Below are positions 49,372 to 58,026 of a DNA stretch of 64,000 nucleotides, piece by piece. Position 1 is the first letter of the stretch; each line of letters opens with the position of its first letter. A program made the translations under genes and the position numbers. The notes under the pieces are model-generated. The model saw nothing but the letters and a program-made list of their open reading frames with translations, ran no database searches and had not been told where the DNA came from. The DNA comes from a virus: IMG/VR virus record IMGVR_UViG_3300037232_000040; one strand, given 5' to 3'.

Positions 49372-49776
49372 ATGAAGATTCCTCGTACAACCGTGCCCCG
49401 GCCTACCAGGGTTAAGCCGCGTTGCGTCACATACTACGAGCTGTTGGCCGCGCCACCGGGCAGCACCGTAGAGGAGCTACACATCAGTTTTAAGCGCTTG
49501 GTTGTGCTGTGGCACCCCGACAAGGCTACAGGCAACACGGCAGTGTACCAACGTATAACACAAGCATGGGGTGTGCTTAAGAACTCGCAACTGCGTAGGG
49601 AGTACGATGCCCGGCTAACCCTGCAGGGTAGTCAATGTATGTATTGCCAAGGCAAAGGGCTGCGCAGTATGCAGCAGAGCCTTACGGTGCGTCTGCAGCA
49701 CATGTGCGATAAATGCAACGGCACTGGGCAGGCCGACGGTGGGCTGCTCGCTAACGAAGTGTGGGAGTGTGTGTAA
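49372..49776 (+). CDS. DnaJ-like protein: J-domain plus CxxCxGxG zinc-finger repeats
   Basis: YYELLAAPPGSTVEELHISFKRLVVLWHPDK contains the HPD motif. CMYCQGKG and CDKCNGTG repeats follow. Confidence 0.8.
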   Translation: MKIPRTTVPRPTRVKPRCVTYYELLAAPPGSTVEELHISFKRLVVLWHPDKATGNTAVYQRITQAWGVLKNSQLRREYDARLTLQGSQCMYCQGKGLRSMQQSLTVRLQHMCDKCNGTGQADGGLLANEVWECV

Positions 49777-49835
49777 GTGAAAAAAACCTGGGCAATCTCC
49801 AACAGCAAGTTGGAGAACTGGCAGGGTTGGAAATA

Positions 49836-50132
49836 ATGGCTTTCAAGGTTTACACGGTGGCGCACCCGGTGCAGCGTGTGCTTAATAAGGAAAACAAGTT
49901 GTGGTGCTACGCTTGCCGCCGTAGCAAGCACCAACAGTGTGCTGGTAGGCGCAGGCTGGGCCATGGGCAGTGGGCCGTGGGGCGCGAAAGTAGGAGCATA
50001 GATGCCAGCAATCAAGCTCCGTGGGACGTTGTGGCGGACAACCACATTAAAGCAAGTAACTGCAAACGCTGCCCGCGGTGCGGTTTGTATGTGGGCACTG
50101 ACGGAGAATGTCGCAGTGTGTATTGTGCCTGA
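49836..50132 (+). CDS. hypothetical Cys-rich protein
   Basis: ATG at 49836 within track ORF 49761..50132. Contains CYAC and CKRCPRC. Confidence 0.4.
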   Translation: MAFKVYTVAHPVQRVLNKENKLWCYACRRSKHQQCAGRRRLGHGQWAVGRESRSIDASNQAPWDVVADNHIKASNCKRCPRCGLYVGTDGECRSVYCA

Positions 50133-50171
50133 CAACCTGACTAAACCGTGCACTTGCACGTGTGTGCTATA

Positions 50172-50669
50172 ATGCGTGGAAGGAGTTACCTGATTGTGAA
50201 GCATCGTAAACAAACTGTGGTAAAGGGGGTTGAGATAGTTCCGCAGGGCGCGATACTGCGTCAGCACTTCTTCCGTGACTGCAGCCCGGTAGCTGTAAGC
50301 GATCTGGTGTTGTGCATGGCCACTGGCACAGTAATGGATGTAGCGCGTATACATGTGGACTTGTTGCCCGCCGTGGTGTTGCTGGCCACCATAGGTCTGC
50401 GTGCGTACCACCAGCAGATTATTAACGACTATACTGAGCTACTGCAGCGCATGGTGGATGTAAGCCGTGAACATGATTTTACGCACCGTACGTTTTATCA
50501 CCCCCAGCTGCACTTGGCTTTTGCTATTTGTGACCGTGGGCCAAGCGGTGAGTTCGTGCTGGACACAGTGCCGGAAGCTAGCTACATGTTCCAAGTGTAC
50601 GAGGAGCTTATCAATGCCACATCTGAGGAATTGTTCAAAGGAACTAAGGGAAAAATCATCGCCGACTAA
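50172..50669 (+). CDS. hypothetical protein
   Basis: ATG at 50172 within track ORF 50148..50669. The N-terminal half is of uncertain coding quality. Confidence 0.35.
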   Translation: MRGRSYLIVKHRKQTVVKGVEIVPQGAILRQHFFRDCSPVAVSDLVLCMATGTVMDVARIHVDLLPAVVLLATIGLRAYHQQIINDYTELLQRMVDVSREHDFTHRTFYHPQLHLAFAICDRGPSGEFVLDTVPEASYMFQVYEELINATSEELFKGTKGKIIAD

Positions 50670-50810
50670 GCTGCGCCGTTTTGCTAATGATCGTAAGCGC
50701 AGTGTCGGGCGCAGGCGCTACAGTTTGTTTCTAAAAATGGCCCGTAGACTTAAACGTGTAGGTCGCTGGGCCACATACAGCAATAAACAGAATAGCCAAA
50801 ACCAAGGAGA

Positions 50811-51047
50811 ATGTCAGTGAAAATTGCGCATTACGTTCTGTTGTACGTTCTGATTATCTTGCTGTTCTACAGCAGCTACCAGGAGCATGCACACCTCACC
50901 GCCTCCGAGAACCAGACCATGGAAGCGCTCAGGGCCACCCGTAACCTGCACGATTCGTTCAAGATGCTGGAAGCGGCAAACGCTCAGAACTATCAAACGG
51001 CGCGGGGTTGTGTGGCGACTTTGCGGAGTATGACGGCTGGGCGATAA
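50811..51047 (+). CDS. small membrane protein
   Basis: AAGGAGA RBS. TM segment IAHYVLLYVLIILLFYSSY. Confidence 0.45.
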   Translation: MSVKIAHYVLLYVLIILLFYSSYQEHAHLTASENQTMEALRATRNLHDSFKMLEAANAQNYQTARGCVATLRSMTAGR

Positions 51048-51236
51048 TGAACTGGAGCGCCCCGGAGAAGCGTGGTCAGGATTTCACGCGAATTGCTGGC
51101 AGCCAAACCGGGGTGAAAACCGTAGGCCACGCCAACGCGCCGGGATTTGGAAACACGGCTGTTGTAGCGCCTCCGGCATCGGCGCCAGCAGCTTAACCGG
51201 GCGGGCTTCCGTGGAAGCGGAGGCCCAACCAAGTTC

Positions 51237-51512
51237 GTGCGAAACATGAAAAAAGATACGGCAAGACAGAGGGTTCGTGACGCCGTTAGGTATGGAAAGA
51301 TCGCGAAGCCGGAAAAGTGTTCGGTTTGCGGAGCCATAACAGAGCCATCGAAACTACACGGGCACCATCACAAGGGTTATGAAAACCCCCTAGACGTGCA
51401 GTGGGTATGCGTACATTGTCACAACGTCAAAGATCGGGAGTCCATTGTAGCCAATGGATTCCGAATGAGGTCAAACCTGATTCCCGGAGCTAGTCACCTA
51501 GTGAAGGGATAG
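51237..51512 (+). CDS. small HNH-like zinc-binding protein
   Basis: CSVCG...LHGHHHKGYENPLDVQWVCVHCH follows the pattern common in small phage HNH-type proteins. Start is GTG 51237 or ATG 51246. Confidence 0.6.
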   Translation: MRNMKKDTARQRVRDAVRYGKIAKPEKCSVCGAITEPSKLHGHHHKGYENPLDVQWVCVHCHNVKDRESIVANGFRMRSNLIPGASHLVKG

Positions 51513-51697
51513 GGATTGATAATCGTGCGCGCGGCGTGGAAGGGACACGCAATAAAAGTGTTGAGGTCGGGGCCGAAAGGTTCAGGGGTTAAGGCCGCCG
51601 TTTCATCGAGCACCTTTGGCGGGGTTCCGCTATACCCTAACCGACTGGAGCCGGTATCAAGCCCGGCCCGCACGATTCAACCAAGTGGAGTGATATA

Positions 51698-52219
51698 ATG
51701 GCTGAACATCACGTTCGTATTCGAGGTACGAAGATGACCCGCAAACGCTCTGTAAAGCGTCATGCAGTTGTTCAGCCACGCGATAACTCTATCCAACTCA
51801 GCTTGCTTCCGCAAGCCCCGCTCCCGTCATCCAAATTCTGGTATAGACGTAGCAAGGCGCAAGGTTTATGTGGATGCGGCAAAGAGCTTCCCATTGGTAA
51901 GGGCGCACAATGCGCGCAGTGTCGTAGGCGAGGCCGGGAGTATTGCGCCCGCCTGAGAAAGGAAACCGTTTCGGCCTATGGCGGCAGGTGTCAATGTCCT
52001 GGAGGGTGCGACGTTGATATTGCGGAGTTCCTATCTATAGATCACATCTTTAACGACGGGAAAGCACACAGGAAGAAAATTGGAATGAGCACGGCTATCT
52101 ATCGTTGGTTGAAGCGTGAGGGATGGCCGAAGGATCGCTTCCGGTTGCTCTGCTACAACTGCAACTTTGCAAGGGCTAAGTACAAAGTTTGCCCGCATGA
52201 ATCGACGGTAGCAAAGTGA
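51698..52219 (+). CDS. HNH endonuclease
   Basis: YGGRCQCPGGCDV....LSIDHIFNDG ... LLCYNCNFAR is an HNH core. Confidence 0.75.
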   Translation: MAEHHVRIRGTKMTRKRSVKRHAVVQPRDNSIQLSLLPQAPLPSSKFWYRRSKAQGLCGCGKELPIGKGAQCAQCRRRGREYCARLRKETVSAYGGRCQCPGGCDVDIAEFLSIDHIFNDGKAHRKKIGMSTAIYRWLKREGWPKDRFRLLCYNCNFARAKYKVCPHESTVAK

Positions 52220-52261
52220 ACTCAACACAGCGGGCGGAGGCCGAACCATAGGAGGGAAAGC

Positions 52262-52735
52262 ATGTTGAAAGAGCTAGATAGTTACGATTGGGAAGAGGTT
52301 TTTGGCGAGGGTGGCGGATGGAACTGTACCCCGATCACTCCGAACCGATGGTTTGTTGCTCGCGGCGGTTGCGACTATAGCGGGTGGGGCTGCCAAGCCA
52401 GCAACTCCGGCGACGTGGCGTCTTCACAGGACGATATTATCCGATTCGGTATGAGCGACGGCGAGCGCGAGCGTTTCGGACCTGCTGAAATCCGCGCCGC
52501 TATCGAGGCTGCGGTTCCGTGCGGGCGCACCGACAATGGTTGCGCAGAGGACATTGGCGCGTGGAAAGCTGGAGTTCCGTCGGAGATTCAACAGCGATGG
52601 GATGAGGAGTTCGGCACTGCATATTGGCAGCTTGTCGCCAAGCATCCCGGCATGGAGTCCAAGAATCTGTCCCGGCACCTCGGAACGCTTGGATTTCGAT
52701 ACCTCGGAAGCAGCTTATCAGTGGTCAAAATTTAG
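52262..52735 (+). CDS. hypothetical protein with SYDWEE and CDYSGWGC motifs
   Basis: Track ORF of 157 aa. The motifs recall an uncharacterised family seen in actinobacterial and myxobacterial genomes. This rests on memory only and is unverified. Confidence 0.5.
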   Translation: MLKELDSYDWEEVFGEGGGWNCTPITPNRWFVARGGCDYSGWGCQASNSGDVASSQDDIIRFGMSDGERERFGPAEIRAAIEAAVPCGRTDNGCAEDIGAWKAGVPSEIQQRWDEEFGTAYWQLVAKHPGMESKNLSRHLGTLGFRYLGSSLSVVKI

Positions 52736-52860
52736 GGGAATTACATACTTAACTCCCGTCGAGCAGAAAAAAGATGAAAATAATGCTTGACAAGTGTGAG
52801 GGAGTAAAGTATATTAAGAACAGATCGAACAAGAGGTGCCAACCTCAAAGGAGCAGGAAA

Positions 52861-53379
52861 ATGACGAACTACACCGAAACCGAACTCGCTGAGATCATCA
52901 ACACGCTGTGCGAACAAGGTGTTAAGCCAACCGACGACTTTACCGCTGATGTTGGAAAAGATTACGGGTACGTCGCGGCCTATGAACTTGCATCCAGTAA
53001 AGGGTATGCGATTGCCTACGGCGATAATGGCCAAACAAATTATGCGATTGCCGAGACTGCCGACGATTTGGGCGATTGGCTCATCAGCCAAGATTTGAGC
53101 GGCCTCGACCTGCTCCGAAACCGTGCAAACGTATTCGGGATAAAATCCGTAGATGCTGCCGCAGAGAACACCACGAATCCTTGTGCGGTACTCATCAGCC
53201 GTGATTATTACGGACCCCACTCAGAGATCAGCGTGGCGATGGAAGATAATGGCCAGCGCGAAGCCGAGTTTGACAACGCAGAAGCCGCTCAGGTGTGGAT
53301 AAACGAAGCCGAAGAAGGCACCTATTACCTATCCCACAATGAGAGCGGTCGCCCCGAATACAAAGTGGTCGAACTCTAA
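52861..53379 (+). CDS. strongly acidic hypothetical protein (172 aa)
   Basis: AAGGAG RBS with ATG at 52861. Many Asp/Glu and few basic residues. Confidence 0.55.
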   Translation: MTNYTETELAEIINTLCEQGVKPTDDFTADVGKDYGYVAAYELASSKGYAIAYGDNGQTNYAIAETADDLGDWLISQDLSGLDLLRNRANVFGIKSVDAAAENTTNPCAVLISRDYYGPHSEISVAMEDNGQREAEFDNAEAAQVWINEAEEGTYYLSHNESGRPEYKVVEL

Positions 53380-53465
53380 GCTCCGCCGCGCCCTCAACCT
53401 TGGGTAAGCGGTGCGTCCCGCATGGCAGCGGGGGCCGGTACGGAACCCGGCAGAAGGTTAAAGCC

Positions 53466-53885
53466 ATGAGTAAAAGCACAATCAGCACATTCGAGCTTTT
53501 CCAAATGTTCCCCGATGAGGATACGGCGCGGACATACCTTGAGGCGCGATTGTGGCCGAACGGCGCGGTATGCCCAACTTGCGCAAGCAGCGACCGCATA
53601 ACTCCACGCCGGAAGGGTTTTTACCGCTGCAACGCCTGCCAGATTGACTTTACGATTCGCACCGGAACCATCTTCGAGCGGTCGCATATCCCCTTGCATA
53701 AGTGGCTCTACTCCATGTATTTGCTCGTGAGGGCCCGCAAGGGTATCTCTTCCATGCAACTTGCTAAAGAGATCGGGATTACCCAAAAATCTGCATGGTT
53801 TATGCTCGGTCGGCTCCACGAGGCTAAGCCTCGCGGAGGCGCGGTTGACGGCAAGCGGTTAACCTACGCGAGGTTGATTCGATGA
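53466..53885 (+). CDS. IS1595-family transposase N-terminal Zn-ribbon + HTH domain only, paralog B
   Basis: Same module as 47791..48165, about three quarters identical at nt level by eye. It ends ...GKRLTYARLIR, which resembles the extreme C-terminus of full-length ISXO2-like transposases and suggests an internal deletion of the DDE core. Confidence 0.75.
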   Translation: MSKSTISTFELFQMFPDEDTARTYLEARLWPNGAVCPTCASSDRITPRRKGFYRCNACQIDFTIRTGTIFERSHIPLHKWLYSMYLLVRARKGISSMQLAKEIGITQKSAWFMLGRLHEAKPRGGAVDGKRLTYARLIR

Positions 53886-54027
53886 CCAAGCCACCCGAAA
53901 TACTCAATAAGATGGCCGATTTGGTCCTTACCTACCGGCCACCATCAAAGGTCAAGCCACTGCGCAAGCGGAAGATCGCAGCGAGTAGGCGAGTCAAAGA
54001 AAACAAACAAGTGATATCAATGTGTGA

Positions 54028-54228
54028 GCCGGAGTGAAGTCCGCGATAACGAGCTGCAGATTCGTCGTAGCTTTCCGCATAGGCGAAGGCATCGTGCTCC
54101 CATGTCAACAGCGCCAGCCCGGCGCGAACAGCGTTCAGGAGAACACCGGTAGTCTGCAGGCGCGGCAGGTAAAGGTAGCGGCCAAAGTCCTCGACCAGCT
54201 GCCGGATCGCGACGTAATTTCCACGCCA
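54028..54228 (-). pseudogene. fragment resembling the C-terminal region of a DUF499-type ATPase (defence-island protein family)
   Basis: WRGNYVAIRQLVEDFGRYLYLPRLQTTGVLLNAVRAGLALLTWEHDAFAYAESYDESAARYRGL lies inside track ORF 53932..54363. There is no upstream ATPase region. Recognition is from memory only. Confidence 0.35.
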
Positions 54229-54262
54229 TTGTGTTGGGGTTGACACAAGGAGAGTCAGTGAA

Positions 54263-54424
54263 ATGACAGACTGGATGCTTCTTTTTGGGTGGATTTTGGG
54301 GTGGGTTATCCTTCTCTGCATCAACGGCAATCTGTTGCGAGTTAGCCGGGAGTTAAAACGCATGAACGATAACCAGGCAGCCGTGCGAATTCGCCAAGAG
54401 CTGAAACAAGGGAGGCAGTTGTGA
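54263..54424 (+). CDS. small membrane protein (53 aa)
   Basis: AAGGAGAG RBS. Own translation: MTDWMLLFGWILGWVILLCINGNLLRVSRELKRMNDNQAAVRIRQELKQGRQL. The stop overlaps the next GTG start. Confidence 0.35.
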   Translation: MTDWMLLFGWILGWVILLCINGNLLRVSRELKRMNDNQAAVRIRQELKQGRQL

Positions 54425-55413
54425 GCAAGAAACTGGAAAAGAAGTTGGCAACGTTTGAGGACGCTGCCAAAATTGAGGTAGCCCGCTTAACTGTATTAAA
54501 CGAGAACCTGCTGTGCTTGCTTATTAAGGTGGTGCAGGACGTAGGTTATACGCAGCACTGGCTAGACGCTGCTGGCAATCCGTGCAGCCAAATGCACCCA
54601 CAGGCCAAGCTAGTAAACAACGTATGGGACGGGCGTAAGTTTCTGTGCATTAGTAAACTAGAGTTTATGGGTGTGGACACTACGCGCTGGGCCATTGAAA
54701 CCAAGCACCAAGAAACGCAGCCTTACATGTACGTTATCCTTACACCGCATGAACCTACCACTGTCGAGCCGCTACCTGTGGCACTAGCCAGCGGTGGCTA
54801 CAGTACCGTGCAGCAGCCCATTACCAGCCCAGCGCAACCTACGGCCATGCGGTGCGCCGTGCACGGTATGTACGGTAATGTGGGTGCGTACTGTCCGGAG
54901 TGCGACGAAGAACGCGCTCAGCGCATTGTGTGCCGCAATGTGTTGCGCTACAAGCGTGATGATGGTGTGGTGGTAGATACCGTCGAAGAAGCTGCGTATG
55001 GAGATAGCGGTTATCACCTTATCCAGTGCGGGCACACTGCTAAGCAGCACATATACGGCGCTGGTAGGTGCAAGGTATGTGAGTGCACTGAGTTTTTATG
55101 CGCCCACAATGAGCGCAGGGTCAACTCAGAAACTGGAGATATAGGTTGTATGAACCCGGTTTGCGGCTGGCTTATAACCAAGGAACAGGCAATGGAGATG
55201 GCACAGCGCGGTCAACCACTGCCAGTGCAGGTCAGCGCGGCAGAGCTAGAAGCTGCACCTGCATGTCCTAGTTGCGGCAGCACAGGACGTAGCGAGCGGT
55301 TGTTTGTATTGGTAGACAACGCAGCGCACAGCTGTGAAAATGTGTGCACTGATGCGTGGCATGAAGAGACCGAAGGGGAACCAAGTGCGGATAACGAAAG
55401 AGACAGCAGCTAA
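54421..55413 (+). CDS. hypothetical Cys-rich protein (330 aa)
   Basis: Track ORF with several CxxC pairs in the C-terminal half. Confidence 0.55.
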   Translation: MSKKLEKKLATFEDAAKIEVARLTVLNENLLCLLIKVVQDVGYTQHWLDAAGNPCSQMHPQAKLVNNVWDGRKFLCISKLEFMGVDTTRWAIETKHQETQPYMYVILTPHEPTTVEPLPVALASGGYSTVQQPITSPAQPTAMRCAVHGMYGNVGAYCPECDEERAQRIVCRNVLRYKRDDGVVVDTVEEAAYGDSGYHLIQCGHTAKQHIYGAGRCKVCECTEFLCAHNERRVNSETGDIGCMNPVCGWLITKEQAMEMAQRGQPLPVQVSAAELEAAPACPSCGSTGRSERLFVLVDNAAHSCENVCTDAWHEETEGEPSADNERDSS

Positions 55414-56407
55414 GGCCGCAACGCCAAAAGCGGAGAAGGTCGCACCATCAACCTACCTCGCAAAGCTGAAGCAAGAAAGGATTGATCTCGATAATGAGTG
55501 CGAAGCCTTAGACCAACGGATCAGCGATATGGACGATAAGCGGAAGCTGTTGTTGCGGCGAAAGCAACTTATCGCGAAAATCAACGAAGAGCAGACCTAC
55601 CTCGCAAAGCTGAAGCAAGAAAGGATTGATCTCGATAATGAGTGCGAAGCCTTAGACCAACGGATCAGCGATACGGACGATGAGTGGAAGCCGCTGTCAG
55701 ACAAAAAGGCGTTGCTGAACTTGCGGCGGAAGCAACTTATCGCGAAAATCAACGAAGAGCAGAAAATCATTAGTTATGAAGAGCAATGGGTAAAAACTCC
55801 GCGCACCGAACCTAAAAACAAGATCATTATCGACTCCTATAAAAATAAGTGGGACTACCAGCGTGAGTACTTTATGAAAGCTCTGGAACCCGCGCGAGAT
55901 GCTTGGCTAGATCACGCCAATGAAATTTGCAAGACGGGTGAGCTGTGGGATTTCGAGGAACTCGCGAAGGCGGTTGTCTGGAATGAGTGCAATGAGAAGT
56001 TCCGACCGGAGGAATTTCCCAACGAGTTTATCCGCATCGAAGTTCCCGGCGCTGGCAAGTATTTAATCAAGAACACGGCCGCCGCAATTTACAAGATTCT
56101 AAAATCCGCGCCCACTGCATTCTCGAAACCCAAGTGCAACCAGCATCCCGAGGGATATCACAAAATCCTGGGCGAGAACGCCAAACAGGGGCGCCCCAAC
56201 CCAGAACTCAACCCTGAGAAGCTAATCTTGTTCCATGAGAAGCAGATCGCAGAACTTCGTGACAAGCGCAAGAAACTAACAGACGCAAAGGACGCCTCCT
56301 TCAATATAGACGCAAAGGACGTCTTCAATATAGACGAACAGATCAAGCAAGGCGAGAGCGACTTACGAGAAGCTCGCAATCTCAAAGGAGGATTCAAGTG
56401 CGTATAA
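55385..56407 (+). CDS. coiled-coil protein with an internal 144-bp tandem duplication
   Basis: GTG at 55385 gives VRITKETAAKAA, paralogous to the start of 56398. An alternative ATG is at 55361. TYLAKLKQERIDLDNECEALDQRISD occurs twice. Confidence 0.55.
   Translation: MRITKETAAKAATPKAEKVAPSTYLAKLKQERIDLDNECEALDQRISDMDDKRKLLLRRKQLIAKINEEQTYLAKLKQERIDLDNECEALDQRISDTDDEWKPLSDKKALLNLRRKQLIAKINEEQKIISYEEQWVKTPRTEPKNKIIIDSYKNKWDYQREYFMKALEPARDAWLDHANEICKTGELWDFEELAKAVVWNECNEKFRPEEFPNEFIRIEVPGAGKYLIKNTAAAIYKILKSAPTAFSKPKCNQHPEGYHKILGENAKQGRPNPELNPEKLILFHEKQIAELRDKRKKLTDAKDASFNIDAKDVFNIDEQIKQGESDLREARNLKGGFKCV
55451..55762 (+). repeat. tandem duplication, unit 144 bp (second copy carries a ~24-bp insertion)
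   Basis: acctacctcgcaaagctgaagcaagaaaggattgatctcgataatgagtgcgaagcc... starts at 55451 and 55595. Confidence 0.85.
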
Positions 56408-56610
56408 CGAAAGAACAGGCTGCGGAAGCAGCGCAGGCGTTAATAGACAGATTCTTCGGCAATAAAACTAGCCGGCGAGTGTGGGTACATATTCCTCCCC
56501 ATGCAACTGACACCGATGTAATCCTGATGGACTACATCAAACAGTCTGCCGCTGAGATCGCAGAGTTGAGGGCTGAATTGGAAGCGCTCTACACAAAGGT
56601 ATCGTTTTAA
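56398..56610 (+). CDS. hypothetical protein (70 aa)
   Basis: AGGAGGA RBS with GTG start. Begins MRITKEQAAEAA. Confidence 0.5.
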   Translation: MRITKEQAAEAAQALIDRFFGNKTSRRVWVHIPPHATDTDVILMDYIKQSAAEIAELRAELEALYTKVSF

Positions 56611-56654
56611 CTAATGTTTACTGTGTAATTACGCAGTTGCATAGCTGCAGGGTA

Positions 56655-56672
56655 CTAGGTATACTTACCTAG
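56655..56672. promoter_or_regulatory. perfect 7-bp inverted repeat CTAGGTA-N4-TACCTAG upstream of 56716
   Basis: Direct reading. Function unknown. Confidence 0.25.
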
Positions 56673-56715
56673 GGCCAGCAAACTACCCAACTAACAAAAG
56701 AAGAGGGATGTAGCC

Positions 56716-56967
56716 ATGAGCATGCTAGACGCGAAAAAGATTGGCGAAATGGCACTTTACTACTCAAGCTGCGCGGAGCGAGACCGCCAGTACGCAGCCG
56801 GAGAAAGACAAGGGTCGCGCTTGTTAGAGATATTCCGGGCGGCCATCATTGATACAATTGCTCAATGCGAGTCCGAGGAGCTGAGAGAGAGAGGCTGCGC
56901 GAAGCTTGGAGCGAGGCGCGACGGCCTCACCGTGTCGAAGAAAGCAGGTGCCCATGCCCAAAGTTAG
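56716..56967 (+). CDS. hypothetical protein
   Basis: Track ORF of 83 aa. Confidence 0.45.
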   Translation: MSMLDAKKIGEMALYYSSCAERDRQYAAGERQGSRLLEIFRAAIIDTIAQCESEELRERGCAKLGARRDGLTVSKKAGAHAQS

Positions 56968-57361
56968 CGGCAATGAGGAGCTTATCAAGCTGCCTAAGAC
57001 TGACGGTGCCTGTGCTGACCTGCTGTACACTACCCGGCAGGCTCGCTACAAACTGCAGCACGAAGTTGCTAAGCTGCAAGCTGTAGAAACCGCCATAGAG
57101 CAGCGCTTTATTGATACGTTAAGCGCTAAGGACAGTACGGGCGTGGCCGGTAAGGTAGGCCGCGCACAGGTGCAGACAAAGATAGTCCCCGTGGTGGAGG
57201 ATTGGCCTAAGCTATATGCGCACATTAAGAAGACAGGCGAGTTTGAGCTTATGCAGCGTCGCTTGGGTGAGACTGCTGTAAAAGAGCGCTGGGACGCTGA
57301 TAAGCAAGTGCCCGGTGTAGGCCGGTTTACTGCTAAGAAAGTAAGCTGTACCAGGGTGTAG
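56954..57361 (+). CDS. hypothetical protein (135 aa)
   Basis: ATG at 56954 within track ORF 56906..57361. Confidence 0.5.
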   Translation: MPKVSGNEELIKLPKTDGACADLLYTTRQARYKLQHEVAKLQAVETAIEQRFIDTLSAKDSTGVAGKVGRAQVQTKIVPVVEDWPKLYAHIKKTGEFELMQRRLGETAVKERWDADKQVPGVGRFTAKKVSCTRV

Positions 57362-57367
57362 AAGAAC

Positions 57368-57601
57368 ATGACTAACACAGCAATGGACGGGCCGGTCGAA
57401 ATCAAGATTTGCGAAACCTGTGCGGTGGTGGATGTGAGAGTTGAAATGAGGGTCGGCCTGATCGGGCCTGTGCTGTGTGCGGTTTGCTCAGAAATGCTTA
57501 AGGTGACTACCGACAGTAAATATTTCTTCGGGCTATGGCAGGCAGACCAGGTGTTGGAGAACGAACGCATCGCTGAAAAGAAGCGCCTTCTGGGAGATTA
57601 A
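57368..57601 (+). CDS. hypothetical protein with two CxxC pairs
   Basis: Track ORF with CETC ... CAVC. Confidence 0.45.
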   Translation: MTNTAMDGPVEIKICETCAVVDVRVEMRVGLIGPVLCAVCSEMLKVTTDSKYFFGLWQADQVLENERIAEKKRLLGD

Positions 57602-57755
57602 ATGCGGTACCTACGAAACTGGGGGAAGAACTTGTACAGCGCAGACCGGAGCTAGCTGAATGCTGTTGTGATAACAACCCCGTAGTACCATGCCCGGTGC
57701 ATGATGCTACTTACAAAGACATGCAGCTTGAAGATATTCTGCATAAGGAGCATTG

Positions 57756-57986
57756 ATGCTAGGCAAGAAGGGCAAGGATGTAATCACTGGGTTTGAGGGC
57801 GTCATTATTGGCAAGGTTAAGTACCTTACCGGCTGTAACCAGTATCTGCTTAGTGGGCCATCCTTAAATGGCAAGGTGGGTGAGAGCAACTGGTTTGATA
57901 CCGACCGCGTGGAAATATTGGACGGCGACGCCGTGGTACTGCTGCGCACTTACAACGGCAGTGACATGCCTGCACCTATTCACTAG
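57756..57986 (+). CDS. hypothetical protein
   Basis: AAGGAG lies 5 nt upstream of the ATG at 57756. Confidence 0.5.
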   Translation: MLGKKGKDVITGFEGVIIGKVKYLTGCNQYLLSGPSLNGKVGESNWFDTDRVEILDGDAVVLLRTYNGSDMPAPIH

Positions 57987-58026
57987 ATAGTTTTAACGAG
58001 GTACTTACAAAGGAGTTCTAAAAACT

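Noticed and set aside
49632-50411. 259-aa minus-strand ORF
   Set aside because: It is antisense to the DnaJ-like gene and its neighbours. Its composition is His/Gln/Thr/Tyr-rich and low-complexity, and it has no RBS context.
51047-51196. 49-aa ORF (MNWSAPEKRGQDF...) with TAATG overlap to the preceding gene
   Set aside because: The coupling is plausible, but the ORF is very short, Ala/Pro-rich at the end and has no motif. It was not annotated.
51513-51697. Possible tRNA or group I intron remnant between the two HNH genes
   Set aside because: Several short GC stems are present, but there is no cloverleaf, no T-loop (GTTCRA) consensus and no recognisable P-element pattern by eye. It needs a covariance-model scan.
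53921-53941. Candidate right inverted repeat for IS1595 paralog B (taccggcc core matching the reverse complement of the 21-nt leader)
   Set aside because: Only an 8-9-bp core matches and the flanks do not. This is too weak to define IS ends.
53882-54037. 51-aa plus-strand ORF (MTKPPEILNKMADLVLTYRPPSKVKPLRKRK...) overlapping the stop of IS1595 paralog B by ATGA
   Set aside because: The coupling geometry is plausible, but there is no recognisable domain. It overlaps the antisense DUF499-like fragment, so it is left unannotated.
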